A stretch of 64,000 nucleotides of DNA from the human T2T-CHM13v2.0 reference genome, Homo sapiens: assembly GCF_009914755.1 (NCBI RefSeq), contig NC_060927.1. One strand, written 5' to 3'. How positions within the stretch are numbered: position 1 is the stretch's first letter; each line of letters opens with the position of its first letter. The notes below the pieces were generated by a model that did no database searches, was not told the DNA's origin, and saw nothing but the letters and a program-made list of their open reading frames with translations. Below are positions 40,163-54,300 of the stretch, piece by piece. The translations under genes and the position numbers were made by a program.

Positions 40163-42374
40163 CTATTGTCTATCATTACACGAAGAAATCCCGTTTACTA
40201 CGAAGGCCTCAAAGAGGTCCAAATATCCAGCTGCAGACATTACAAACTGAGTGTTTCCAAAGTGCTCTATGAAAAGAAGTGTTAAACACTGTGAGTTCAA
40301 TGCACACATCCCAAAGCAGTTTCTGAGAATGATTCCGTCTATTTTTTCTACGAAGATATTTCCTTTTCTGCCGTTGGCCTCAAAGCGCTTGAAATCTCCA
40401 CTTGCAAATTCCACAAAAAGAGAGTTTCAAATCTGCTCTGTCTAAAGGAAGGTTCAACTCTGTGAGTTGAATACACACCACAAAAAGAAGTTACTGAGAA
40501 TTCTTCTGTCTAGCATTATATGAAAAATCCCGTTTCCAACGAAGGCCACAAAGAGGTCCAAATATCCACTTGCAGATTCTGCAAAAAGAGTGTTTCCAAA
40601 CTGCTCTATGAAAAGAAACGTTAAACTCTGTGAGTTGAACGCAAACATCACAAAGTAGTTTCTGAGAATGACTCCGTCTAGTTTTTATACGAAGATATTT
40701 CCTTTCCTACAATTCACTTCAAAGCGCTTGAAGTCTCCCCCTGAAAATTCCACAAAAAGTGTTTCCAATCTGCTCCGCCTAAAGGAAGCTTCAACTCTGT
40801 GAGTTGAATACCCACAACCCAAAGAAGTTACTGAGAATTCTTCTGTCTAGCATTATATGAAGAAATCCCGTTTCCAACGAAGGCCTCAAATACATCCAAA
40901 TATCCAGTTGCTGACTTTACAAACTGAGTGTTTCCAAACTGCTCTATGAAAAGAAAGGTTAAACACTGTGAGTTGAACACACACGTACCAAAGTAGTTTC
41001 TGAGAATGATTCTGTCTAGTTTGCATACGAAGATGTTTCCTTTTCTACCATTGGCCTCAAAGCTCTGAAATCTCCACTTGCAAATTCCACAAAAAGAGAG
41101 TTTCAAATCTGCTGTTTCTAAAGGAAAGTTCAACTCTGAGAGTTGAATACACACCAGAAAAAGCAGTTACTGAGAAGTCTTCTGTCTAGCATTATATGAA
41201 GAAATCCCATTTCCAACGAAGACTTCAAAGAGGTCCAAATATCCACTTGCAGATTCTGCAAAAAGAGTGTTTCAAAACAACTGTATGAAAAGAAAGGTTA
41301 AACACTGTGAGTTGAACGCACACATTGCAAAGCAGTTTCTGAGAATGATTCCGTCTAATTATTATACGAAGGTATTTCCTTTTCTATCATTGGCCTCAAA
41401 GCGCTTGATACCTCCACCTGAAAATTCCACAAAAAGAGTGTTTCCAATCTACTCTGTCTAAAGGAACGTTCAACTCTGTGAGTTGAATACACACACACAG
41501 AAAGAATTCACTGAGAATTCTTCTGTCTGGCATTACATGAAGAAATCCCGTTTCCAACGAAGGCCTCAAAGAGGTCCAAATATCCACTTGCAGATTCTGC
41601 AAAAAGAGTGTTTCAAAACCGCTCCATTAAAAGGAATGTTGAACTCTGTGAGTTGAATGCAAACATCACAACTCAGTTTCTGAGAATGCTTCTGACTAGA
41701 TTTTATGGTAAGATATTTCCTTTTCTACCGTAGGCTTCAATGCCCTCTAAATACACCCTTGCAAATTCTACAAAGAGACTGTTTCATAACTGCTCTATAG
41801 GAAGAAAGGTTCAACTCTGTGAGTTGAATGCAGAGATCACAACGTGGTTTCTGCGAATGATTCTTTGTAGTTTTTACATGAAGATATTTCGTTGTCAACC
41901 GTAGGCTTCAAAGCACTCAAAGTATTCACTTGGAACTTTTACAAAAAGAGTGTTAGAAAACTGCTCTTTCCAAATTAAGGTTCAACTCAGTAAGTTGAAT
42001 GCACACATAACAATCAAGAAGTTTCTGAGAATTCTTCTGTCCTGGTTTATATGAAAAAATCCCGTTTCCAACGAAGGCCTCAAAGACGTTTAAATATCCA
42101 CTTGCAGACTTCACAAACAGAGGGTTTCCAAACTGCTCTATGAAAAGAAAGGTTAAACTCTGTGAGTTGAACGCACACATCACAAAGTAGCTTCTGAGAA
42201 TGATTCTGTCTAGTTTTCATACGAAGATATTTCCTTTTCCACCAATGGCCTCAAAGTGCTTGAAATCTCCCCTTGCAAATTCCACAGACAAGTGTTTCAA
42301 ATCTGCACTGTCTAAAGGAAGGTTCAACCCTGTGAGTTGAATACACACACACAGAAAAAAATTCACTGAGAATT
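40163..42374 (-). repeat. 13-mer HOR structural variant (2212 bp), copy 2
   Basis: Same junction at 42194-42204, exactly 7994 bp after copy 1. Confidence 0.95.
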
Positions 42375-45300
42375 CTATTGTCTATCATTACACGAAGAAA
42401 TCCCGTTTACTACGAAGGCCTCAAAGAGGTCCAAATATCCAGCTGCAGACATTACAAACTGAGTGTTTCCAAAGTGCTCTATGAAAAGAAGTGTTAAACA
42501 CTGTGAGTTCAATGCACACATCCCAAAGCAGTTTCTGAGAATGATTCCGTCTATTTTTTCTACGAAGATATTTCCTTTTCTGCCGTTGGCCTCAAAGCGC
42601 TTGAAATCTCCACTTGCAAATTCCACAAAAAGAGAGTTTCAAATCTGCTCTGTCTAAAGGAAGGTTCAACTCTGTGAGTTGAATACACACCACAAAAAGA
42701 AGTTACTGAGAATTCTTCTGTCTAGCATTATATGAAAAATCCCGTTTCCAACGAAGGCCACAAAGAGGTCCAAATATCCACTTGCAGATTCTGCAAAAAG
42801 AGTGTTTCCAAACTGCTCTATGAAAAGAAACGTTAAACTCTGTGAGTTGAACGCAAACATCACAAAGTAGTTTCTGAGAATGACTCCGTCTAGTTTTTAT
42901 ACGAAGATATTTCCTTTCCTACCATTCACTTCAAAGCGCTTGAAGTCTCCCCCTGAAAATTCCACAAAAAGTGTTTCCAATCTGCTCCGCCTAAAGGAAG
43001 CTTCAACTCTGTGACTTGAATACCCACAACCCAAAGAAGTTACTGAGAATTCTTCTGTCTAGCATTATATGAAGAAATCCCGTTTCCAACGAAGGCCTCA
43101 AATACATCCAAATATCCAGTTGCTGACTTTACAAACTGAGTGTTTCCAAACTGCTCTATGAAAAGAAAGATTAAACACTGTGAGTTGAACACACACGTAC
43201 CAAAGTAGTTTCTGAGAATGATTCTGTCTAGTTTGCATACGAAGATATTTCCTTTTCTACCATTGGCCTCAAAGCTTTGAAATCTCCACTTGCAAATTCC
43301 ACAAAAAGAGAGTTTCAAATCTGCTGTTTCTAAAGGAAAGTTCAACTCTGAGAGTTGAATACACACCAGAAAAAGCAGTTACTGAGAAGTCTTCTGTCTA
43401 GCATTATATGAAGAAATCCCATTTCCAACAAAGACTTCAAAGAGGTCCAAATATCCACTTGCAGATTCTGCAAAAAGAGTGTTTCGAAACAACTGTATGA
43501 AAAGAAAGGTTAAACACTGTGAGTTGAACGCACACATTGCAAAGCAGTTTCTGAGAATGATTCCGTCTAATTATTATACGAAGGTATTTCCTTTTCTATC
43601 ATTGGCCTCAAAGCACTTGATACCTCCACCTGAAAATTCCACAAAAAGAGTGTTTCCAATCTACTCTGTCTAAAGGAACGTTCAACTCTGTGAGTTGAAT
43701 ACACACACACAGAAAGAATTCACTGAGAATTCTTCTGTCTGGCATTACATGAAGAAATCCCGTTTCCAACGAAGGCCTCAAAGAGGTCCAAATATCCACT
43801 TGCAGATTCTGCAAAAAGAGTGTTTCAAAACCGCTCCATTAAAAGGAATGTTGAACTCTGTGAGTTGAATGCAAACATCACAACTCAGTTTCTGAGAATG
43901 CTTCTGACTAGATTTTATGGTAAGATATTTCCTTTTCTACCGTAGGCTTCAATGCCCTGTAAATACACCCTTGCAAATTCTACAAAGAGACTGTTTCATA
44001 ACTGCTCTATAGGAAGAAAGGTTCAACTCTGTGAGTTGAATGCAGAGATCACAACGTGGTTTCTGCGAATGATTCTTTGTAGTTTTTACATGAAGATATT
44101 TCGTTGTCAACCGTAGGCTTCAAAGCACTCAAAGTATTCACTTGGAACTTTTACAAAAAGAGTGTTAGAAAACTGCTCTTTCCAAAGTAAGGTTCAACTC
44201 TGTGAGTTGAATGCACACATAACAATCAAGAAGTTTCTGAGAATTCTTCTGTCCTGGTTTATATGAAGAAATACCGTTTCCAACGAAGGCCTCAAAGACG
44301 TTTAAATATCCACTTGCAGACTTCACAAACAGAGGGTTTCCAAACTGCTCTATGAAAAGAAAGGTTAAACTCTGTGAGTTGAACGCACACATCACAAAGT
44401 AGTTTCTGAGAATGATACTGTCTAGTTTTTATACGAAGATATTTCCTTTCTACCATTGGCGTCAAAGCGCTAGAATTCTCCACTTGCAAATTCCACAAAA
44501 AGAGTGTTTCCAATCTGCTCTGTCTAAAGGAAGGTTCAACTCTGTGAGTTGAATACACACACACAAAGAAGCTACTGAGAATTCTTTTGTCAAGAATTAT
44601 AAGAAGAAATCCCGTTTCCAATGAAGGCCTCAAAGAGTTCCAAATATCCACTTGCACACTGCACAAACTAAGTCTTTCCAAACTGCTCTATGCAAAGAAA
44701 TGTTGAACACTGTGAGTTTAATACACACATCACAAAGCAGTTTCTGAGAATGATACTGTCTAGTTTTTATACGAAGATATTTCCTTTTGTACCATTGGCC
44801 TCATACTGCTAGAATTTTCCACTTGCAAATTCCACAAAAAGAGTGTTTCCAATCCGCTCTGTCTAAAGGAAGGTTCAACTCTCTGATTTGAATACATACA
44901 TCCCAAAAGAAGTTACTGAGAATTCTTCTGTCTAGCATTATGTGAAGAAACCCCGTTTCCAACGAAAGCCTCAAAGAGGTCCAAATATCCAGTTGCAGAA
45001 TTTACAAACTGACTGTTTCCAAACTCATCTATGAAAAGAAAGGTTAAACTCTGGGAGTTGAATGCACATATCACAAAGTAGTTCCTGAGAATGATTCTGT
45101 CTAGTTTTCATACGAAGATATTTCCTTTTCCACCAATGGCCTCAAAGTGCTTGAAATCTCCCCTTGCAAATTCCACAGACAAGTGTTTCAAATCTGCACT
45201 GTCTAAAGGAAGGTTCAACCCTGTGAGTTGAATACACACACACAGAAAAAAATTCACTGAGAATTCTATTGTCTATCATTGCACGAAGAAATCCCGTTTA

Positions 45301-48300
45301 CTACGAAGGCCTCAAAGAGGTCCAAATATCCAGCTGCAGACATTACAAACTGAGTGTTTCCAAAGTGCTCTATGAAAAGAAGTGTTAAACACTGTGAGTT
45401 CAATGCACACATCCCAAAGCAGTTTCTGAGAATGATTCCGTCTATTTTTTCTACGAAGATATTTCCTTTTCTGCCGTTGGCCTCAAAGCGCTTGAAATCT
45501 CCACTTGCAAATTCCACAAAAAGAGAGTTTCAAATCTGCTCTGTCTAAAGGAAGGTTCAACTCTGTGAGTTGAATACACACCACAAAAAGAAGTTACTGA
45601 GAATTCTTCTGTCTAGCATTATATGAAAAATCCCGTTTCCAACGAAGGCCACAAAGAGGTCCAAATATCCACTTGCAGATTCTGCAAAAAGAGTGTTTCC
45701 AAACTGCTCTATGAAAAGAAACGTTAAACTCTGTGATTTGAACGCAAACATCACAAAGTAGTTTCTGAGAATGACTCCGTCTAGTTTTTATACGAAGATA
45801 TTTCCTTTCCTACCATTCACTTCAAAGCGCTTGAAGTCTCCCCCTGAAAATTCCACAAAAAGTGTTTCCAATCTGCTCCGCCTAAAGGAAGCTTCAACTC
45901 TGTGACTTGAATACCCACAACCCAAAGAAGTTACTGAGAATTCTTCTGTCTAGCATTATATGAAGAAATCCCGTTTCCAACGAAGGCCTCAAATACATCC
46001 AAATATCCAGTTGCTGACTTTACAAACTGAGTGTTTCCAAACTGCTCTATGAAAAGAAAGGTTAAACACTGTGAGTTGAACACACACGTACCAAAGTAGT
46101 TTCTGAGAATGATTCTGTCTAGTTTGCATACGAAGATATTTCCTTTTCTACCATTGGCCTCAAAGCTCTGAAATCTCCACTTGCAAATTCCACAAAAAGA
46201 GAGTTTCAAATCTGCTGTTTCTAAAGGAAAGTTCAACTCTGAGAGTTGAATACACACCAGAAAAAGCAGTTACTGAGAAGTCTTCTGTCTAGCATTATAT
46301 GAAGAAATCCCATTTCCAACGAAGACTTCAAAGAAGTCCAAATATCCACTTGCAGATTCTGCAAAAAGAGTGTTTCAAAACAACTGTATGAAAAGAAAAG
46401 TTAAACACTGTGAGTTGAACGCACACATTGCAAAGCAGTTTCTGAGAATGATTCCGTCTAATTATTATACGAAGGTATTTCCTTTTCTATCATTGGCCTC
46501 AAAGCGCTTGATACCTCCACCTGAAAATTCCACAAAAAGAGTGTTTCCAATCTACTCTGTCTAAAGGAACGTTCAACTCTGTGAGTTGAATACACACACA
46601 CAGAAAGAATTCACTGAGAATTCTTCTGTCTGGCATTACATGAAGAAATCCCGTTTCCAACGAAGGCCTCAAAGAGGTCCAAATATCCACTTGCAGATTC
46701 TGCAAAAAGAGTGTTTCAAAACCGCTCCATTAAAAGGAATGTTGAACTCTGTGAGTTGAATGCAAACATCACAACTCAGTTGCTGAGAATGCTTCTGACT
46801 AGATTTTATGGTAAGATATTTCCTTTTCTACCGTAGGCTTCAATGCCCTCTAAATACACCCTTGCAAATTCTACAAAGAGACTGTTTCATAACTGCTCTA
46901 TAGGAAGAAAGGTTCAACTCTGTGAGTTGAATGCAGAGATCACAACGTGGTTTCTGCGAATGATTCTTTGTAGTTTTTACATGAAGATATTTCGTTGTCA
47001 ACCGTAGGCTTCAAAGCACTCAAAGTATTCACTTGGAACTTTTACAAAAAGAGTGTTAGAAAACTGCTCTTTCCAAAGTAAGGTTCAACTCTGTGAGTTG
47101 AATGCACACATAACAATCAAGAAGTTTCTGAGAATTCTTCTGTCCTGGTTTATATGAAAAAATCCCGTTTCCAACGAAGGCCTCAAAGACGTTTAAATAT
47201 CCACTTGCAGACTTCACAGAGTGTTTCCAAACTGCTCTATGAAAAGAAAGGTTAAACTCTGTGAGTTGAACGCACACATCACAAAGTAGTTTCTGAGAAT
47301 GATACTGTCTAGTTTTTATACGAAGATATTTCCTTTCTACCATTGGCGTCAAAGCGCTAGAATTCTCCACTTGCAAATTCCACAAAAAGAGTGTTTCCAA
47401 TCTGCTCTGTCTAAAGGAAGGTTCAACTCTGTGAGTTGAATACACACACACAAAGAAGCTACTGAGAATTCTTTTGTCAAGAATTATAAGAAGAAATCCC
47501 GTTTCCAACGAAGGCCTCAAAGAGTTCCAAATATCCACTTGCACACTGCACAAACTAAGTCTTTCCAAACTGCTCTATGCAAAGAAATGTTCAAATCTGT
47601 GAGTTTAATACACACATCACAAAGCAGTTTCTGAGAATGATACTGTCTAGTTTTTATACGAAGATATTTCCTTTTGTACCATTGGCCTCATACTGCTAGA
47701 ATTTTCCACTTGCAAATTCCACAAAAAGAGTGTTTCCAATCCGCTCTGTCTAAAGGAAGGTTCAACTCTCTGATTTGAATACATACATCCCAAAAGAAGT
47801 TACTGAGAATTCTTCTGTCTAGCATTATGTGAAGAAATCCCGTTTCCAATGAAAGCCTCAAAGAGGTCCAAATATCCAGTTGCAGAATTTACAAACTGAC
47901 TGTTTCCAAACTCATCTATGAAAAGAAAGGTTGAACTCTGGGAGTTGAATGCACATATCACAAAGTAGTTCCTGAGAATGATTCTGTCTAGTTTTCATAC
48001 GAAGATATTTCCTTTTCCACCAATGGCCTCAAAGTGCTTGAAATCTCCCCTTGCAAATTCCACAGACAAGTGTTTCAAATCTGCACTGTCTAAAGGAAGG
48101 TTCAACCCTGTGAGTTGAATACACACACACAGAAAAAAATTCACTGAGAATTCTATTGTCTATCATTACACGAAGAAATCCCGTTTACTACGAAGGCCTC
48201 AAAGAGGTCCAAATATCCAGCTGCAGGCATTACAAACTGAGTGTTTCCAAAGTGCTCTATGAAAAGAAGTGTTAAACACTGTGAGTTCAATGCACACATC

Positions 48301-51300
48301 CCAAAGCAGTTTCTGAGAATGATTCCGTCTATTTTTTCTACGAAGATATTTCCTTTTCTACCGTTGGCCTCAAAGCGCTTGAAATCTCCACTTGCAAATT
48401 CCACAAAAAGAGAGTTTCAAATCTGCTCTGTCTAAAGGAAGGTTCAACTCTGTGAGTTGAATACACACCACAAAAAGAAGTTACTGAGAATTCTTCTGTC
48501 TAGCATTATATGAAAAATCCCGTTTCCAACGAAGGCCACAAAGAGGTCCAAATATCCACTTGCAGATTCTGCAAAAAGAGTGTTTCCAAACTGCTCTATG
48601 AAAAGAAACGTTAAACTCTGTGAGTTGAACGCAAACATCACAAAGTAGTTTCTGAGAATGACTCCGTCTAGTTTTTATACGAAGATATTTCCTTTCCTAC
48701 CATTCACTTCAAAGCGCTTGAAGTCTCCCCCTGAAAATTCCACAAAAAGTGTTTCCAATCTGCTCCGCCTAAAGGAAGCTTCAACTCTGTGACTTGAATA
48801 CCCACAACCCAAAGAAGTTACTGAGAATTCTTCTGTCTAGCATTATATGAAGAAATCCCGTTTCCAACGAAGGCCTCAAATACATCCAAATATCCAGTTG
48901 CTGACTTTACAAACTGAGTGTTTCCAAACTGCTCTATGAAAAGAAAGGTTAAACACTGTGAGTTGAACACACACGTACCAAAGTAGTTTCTGAGAATGAT
49001 TCTGTCTAGTTTGCATACGAAGATATTTCCTTTTCTACCATTGGCCTCAAAGCTCTGAAATCTCCACTTGCAAATTCCACAAAAAGAGAGTTTCAAATCT
49101 GCTGTTTCTAAAGGAAAGTTCAACTCTGAGAGTTGAATACACACCAGAAAAAGCAGTTACTGAGAAGTCTTCTGTCTAGCATTATATGAAGAAATCCCAT
49201 TTCCAACGAAGACTTCAAAGAGGTCCAAATATCCACTTGCAGATTCTGCAAAAAGAGTGTTTCGAAACAACTGTATGAAAAGAAAGGTTAAACACTGTGA
49301 GTTGAACGCACACATTGCAAAGCAGTTTCTGAGAATGATTCCGTCTAATTATTATACGAAGGTATTTCCTTTTCTATCATTGGCCTCAAAGCGCTTGATA
49401 CCTCCACCTGAAAATTCCACAAAAAGAGTGTTTCCAATCTACTCTGTCTAAAGGAACGTTCAACTCTGTGAGTTGAATACACACACACAGAAAGAATTCA
49501 CTGAGAATTCTTCTGTCTGGCATTACATGAAGAAATCCCGTTTCCAACGAAGGCCTCAAAGAGGTCCAAATATCCACTTGCAGATTCTGCAAAAAGAGTG
49601 TTTCAAAACCGCTCCATTAAAAGGAATGTTGAACTCTGTGAGTTGAATGCAAACATCACAACTCAGTTGCTGAGAATGCTTCTGACTAGATTTTATGGTA
49701 AGATATTTCCTTTTCTACCGTAGGCTTCAATGCCCTCTAAATACACCCTTGCAAATTCTACAAAGAGACTGTTTCATAACTGCTCTATAGGAAGAAAGAT
49801 TCAACTCTGTGAGTTGAATGCAGAGATCACAACGTGGTTTCTGCGAATGATTCTTTGTAGTTTTTACATGAAGATATTTCGTTGTCAACCGTAGGCTTCA
49901 AAGCACTCAAAGTATTCACTTGGAACTTTTACAAAAAGAGTGTTAGAAAACTGCTCTTTCCAAAGTAAGGTTCAACTCTGTGAGTTGAATGCACACATAA
50001 CAATCAAGAAGTTTCTGAGAATTCTTCTGTCCTGGTTTATATGAAGAAATCCCGTTTCCAACGAAGGCCTCAAAGACGTTTAAATATCCACTTGCAGACT
50101 TCACAAACAGAGGGTTTCCAAACTGCTCTATGAAAAGAAAGGTTAAACTCTGTGAGTTGAACGCACACATCACAAAGTAGCTTCTGAGAATGATACTGTC
50201 TAGTTTTTATACGAAGATATTTCCTTTCTACCATTGGCGTCAAAGCGCTAGAATTCTCCACTTGCAAATTCCACAAAAAGAGTGTTTCCAATCTGCTCTG
50301 TCTAAAGGAAGGTTCAACTCTGTGAGTTGAATACACACACACAAAGAAGCTACTGAGAATTCATTTGTCAAGAATTATAAGAAGAAATCCCGTTTCCAAC
50401 GAAGGCCTCAAAGAGTTCCAAATATCCACTTGCACACTGCACAAACTAAGTCTTTCCAAACTGCTCTATGCAAAGAAATGTTCAACTCTGTGAGTTTAAT
50501 ACACACATCACAAAGCAGTTTCTGAGAATGATACTGTCTAGTTTTTATACGAAGATATTTCCTTTTGTACCATTGGCCTCATACTGCTAGAATTTTCCAC
50601 TTGCAAATTCCACAAAAAGAGTGTTTCCAATCCGCTCTGTCTAAAGGAAGGTTCAACTCTCTGATTTGAATACATACATCCCAAAAGAAGTTACTGAGAA
50701 TTCTTCTGTCTAGCATTATGTGAAGAAATCCCGTTTCCAATGAAAGCCTCAAAGAGGTCCAAATATCCAGTTGCAGAATTTACAAACTGACTGTTTCCAA
50801 ACTCATCTATGAAAAGAAAGGTTAAACTCTGTGAGTTGAATGCACATATCACAAAGTAGTTCCTGAGAATGATTCTGTCTAGTTTTTATACGAAGATATT
50901 TCCTTTTCCACCAATGGCCTCAAAGTGCTTGAAATCTCCCCTTGCAAATTCCACAGACAAGTGTTTCAAATCTGCACTGTCTAAAGGAAGGTTCAACCCT
51001 GTGAGTTGAATACACACACACAGAAAAAAATTCACTGAGAATTCTATTGTCTATCATTACACGAAGAAATCCCGTTTACTACGAAGGCCTCAAAGAGGTC
51101 CAAATATCCAGCTGCAGACATTACAAACTGAGTGTTTCCAAAGTGCTCTATGAAAAGAAGTGTTAAACACTGTGAGTTCAATGCACACATCCCAAAGCAG
51201 TTTCTGAGAATGATTCCGTCTATTTTTTCTACGAAGATATTTCCTTTTCTACCGTTGGCCTCAAAGCGCTTGAAATCTCCACTTGCAAATTCCACAAAAA

Positions 51301-54300
51301 GAGAGTTTCAAATCTGCTCTGTCTAAAGGAAGGTTCAACTCTGTGAGTTGAATACACACCACAAAAAGAAGTTACTGAGAATTCTTCTGTCTAGCATTAT
51401 ATGAAAAATCCCGTTTCCAACGAAGGCCACAAAGAGGTCCAAATATCCACTTGCAGATTCTGCAAAAAGAGTGTTTCCAAACTGCTCTATGAAAAGAAAC
51501 GTTAAACTCTGTGAGTTGAACGCAAACATCACAAAGTAGTTTCTGAGAATGACTCCGTCTAGTTTTTATACGAAGATATTTCCTTTCCTACCATTCACTT
51601 CAAAGCGCTTGAAGTCTCCCCCTGAAAATTCCACAAAAAGTGTTTCCAATCTGCTCCGCCTAAAGGAAGCTTCAACTCTGTGACTTGAATACCCACAACC
51701 CAAAGAAGTTACTGAGAATTCTTCTGTCTAGCATTATATGAAGAAATCCCGTTTCCAACGAAGGCCTCAAATACATCCAAATATCCAGTTGCTGACTTTA
51801 CAAACTGAGTGTTTCCAAACTGCTCTATGAAAAGAAAGGTTAAACACTGTGAGTTGAACACACACGTACCAAAGTAGTTTCTGAGAATGATTCTGTCTAG
51901 TTTGCATACGAAGATATTTCCTTTTCTACCATTGGCCTCAAAGCTCTGAAATCTCCACTTGCAAATTCCACAAAAAGAGAGTTTCAAATCTGCTGTTTCT
52001 AAAGGAAAGTTCAACTCTGAGAGTTGAATACACACCAGAAAAAGCAGTTACTGAGAAGTCTTCTGTCTAGCATTATATGAAGAAATCCCATTTCCAACGA
52101 AGACTTCAAAGAAGTCCAAATATCCACTTGCAGATTCTGCAAAAAGAGTGTTTCGAAACAACTGTATGAAAAGAAAGGTTAAACACTGTGAGTTGAACGC
52201 ACACATTGCAAAGCAGTTTCTGAGAATGATTCCGTCTAATTATTATACGAAGGTATTTCCTTTTCTATCATTGGCCTCAAAGCGCTTGATACCTCCACCT
52301 GAAAATTCCACAAAAAGAGTGTTTCCAATCTACTCTGTCTAAAGGAACGTTCAACTCTGTGAGTTGAATACACACACACAGAAAGAATTCACTGAGAATT
52401 CTTCTGTCTGGCATTACATGAAGAAATCCCGTTTCCAACGAAGGCCTCAAAGAGGTCCAAATATCCACTTGCAGATTCTGCAAAAAGAGTGTTTCAAAAC
52501 CGCTCCATTAAAAGGAATGTTGAACTCTGTGAGTTGAATGCAAACATCACAACTCAGTTGCTGAGAATGCTTCTGACTAGATTTTATGGTAAGATATTTC
52601 CTTTTCTACCGTAGGCTTCAATGCCCTCTAAATACACCCTTGCAAATTCTACAAAGAGACTGTTTCATAACTGCTCTATAGGAAGAAAGGTTCAACTCTG
52701 TGAGTTGAATGCAGAGATCACAACGTGGTTTCTGCGAATGATTCTTTGTAGTTTTTACATGAAGATATTTCGTTGTCAACCGTAGGCTTCAAAGCACTCA
52801 AAGTATTCACTTGGAACTTTTACAAAAAGAGTGTTAGAAAACTGCTCTTTCCAAAGTAAGGTTCAACTCTGTGAGTTGAATGCACACATAACAATCAAGA
52901 AGTTTCTGAGAATTCTTCTGTCCTGGTTTATATGAAAAAATCCCGTTTCCAACGAAGGCCTCAAAGACGTTTAAATATCCACTTGCAGACTTCACAGAGT
53001 GTTTCCAAACTGCTCTATGAAAAGAAAGGTTAAACTCTGTGAGTTGAACGCACACATCACAAAGTAGTTTCTGAGAATGATACAGTCTAGTTTTTATACG
53101 AAGATATTTCCTTTCTACCATTGGCGTCAAAGCGCTAGAATTCTCCACTTGCAAATTCCACAAAAAGAGTGTTTCCAATCTGCTCTGTCTAAAGGAAGGT
53201 TCAACTCTGTGAGTTGAATACACACACACAAAGAAGCTACTGAGAATTCTTTTGTCAAGAATTATAAGAAGAAATCCCTTTTCCAACGAAGGCCTCAAAG
53301 AGTTCCAAATATCCACTTGCACACTGCACAAACTAAGTCTTTCCAAACTGCTCTATGCAAAGAAATGTTCAACTCTGTGAGTTTAATACACACATCACAA
53401 AGCAGTTTCTGAGAATGATACTGTCTAGTTTTTATACGAAGATATTTCCTTTTGTACCATTGGCCTCATACTGCTAGAATTTTCCACTTGCAAATTCCAC
53501 AAAAAGAGTGTTTCCAATCCGCTCTGTCTAAAGGAAGGTTCAACTCTCTGATTTGAATACATACATCCCAAAAGAAGTTACTGAGAATTCTTCTGTCTAG
53601 CATTATGTGAAGAAATCCCGTTTCCAATGAAAGCCTCAAAGAGGTCCAAATATCCAGTTGCAGAATTTACAAACTGACTGTTTCCAAACTCATCTATGAA
53701 AAGAAAGGTTAAACTCTGGGAGTTGAATGCACATATCACAAAGTAGTTCCTGAGAATGATTCTGTCTAGTTTTCATACGAAGATATTTCCTTTTCCACCA
53801 ATGGCCTCAAAGTGCTTGAAATCTCCCCTTGCAAATTCCACAGACAAGTGTTTCAAATCTGCACTGTCTAAAGGAAGGTTCAACCCTGTGAGTTGAATAC
53901 ACACACACAGAAAAAAATTCACTGAGAATTCTATTGTCTATCATTACACGAAGAAATCCCGTTTACTACGAAGGCCTCAAAGAGGTCCAAATATCCAGCT
54001 GCAGACATTACAAACTGAGTGTTTCCAAAGTGCTCTATGAAAAGAAGTGTTAAACACTGTGAGTTCAATGCACACATCCCAAAGCAGTTTCTGAGAATGA
54101 TTCCGTCTATTTTTTCTACGAAGATATTTCCTTTTCTACCGTTGGCCTCAAAGCGCTTGAAATCTCCACTTGCAAATTCCACAAAAAGAGAGTTTCAAAT
54201 CTGCTCTGTCTAAAGGAAGGTTCAACTCTGTGAGTTGAATACACACCACAAAAAGAAGTTACTGAGAATTCTTCTGTCTAGCATTATATGAAAAATCCCG

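Larger units (their letters stand above)
30850..46840. repeat. Tandem duplication of a 7994-bp block (17+17+13 = 47 monomers); ends uncertain by about 450 bp
   Basis: Rare variants recur at +7994: 31027/39021, 36279/44273, 36628/44622, 38341/46335, and both 13-mer junctions. Confidence 0.9.
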
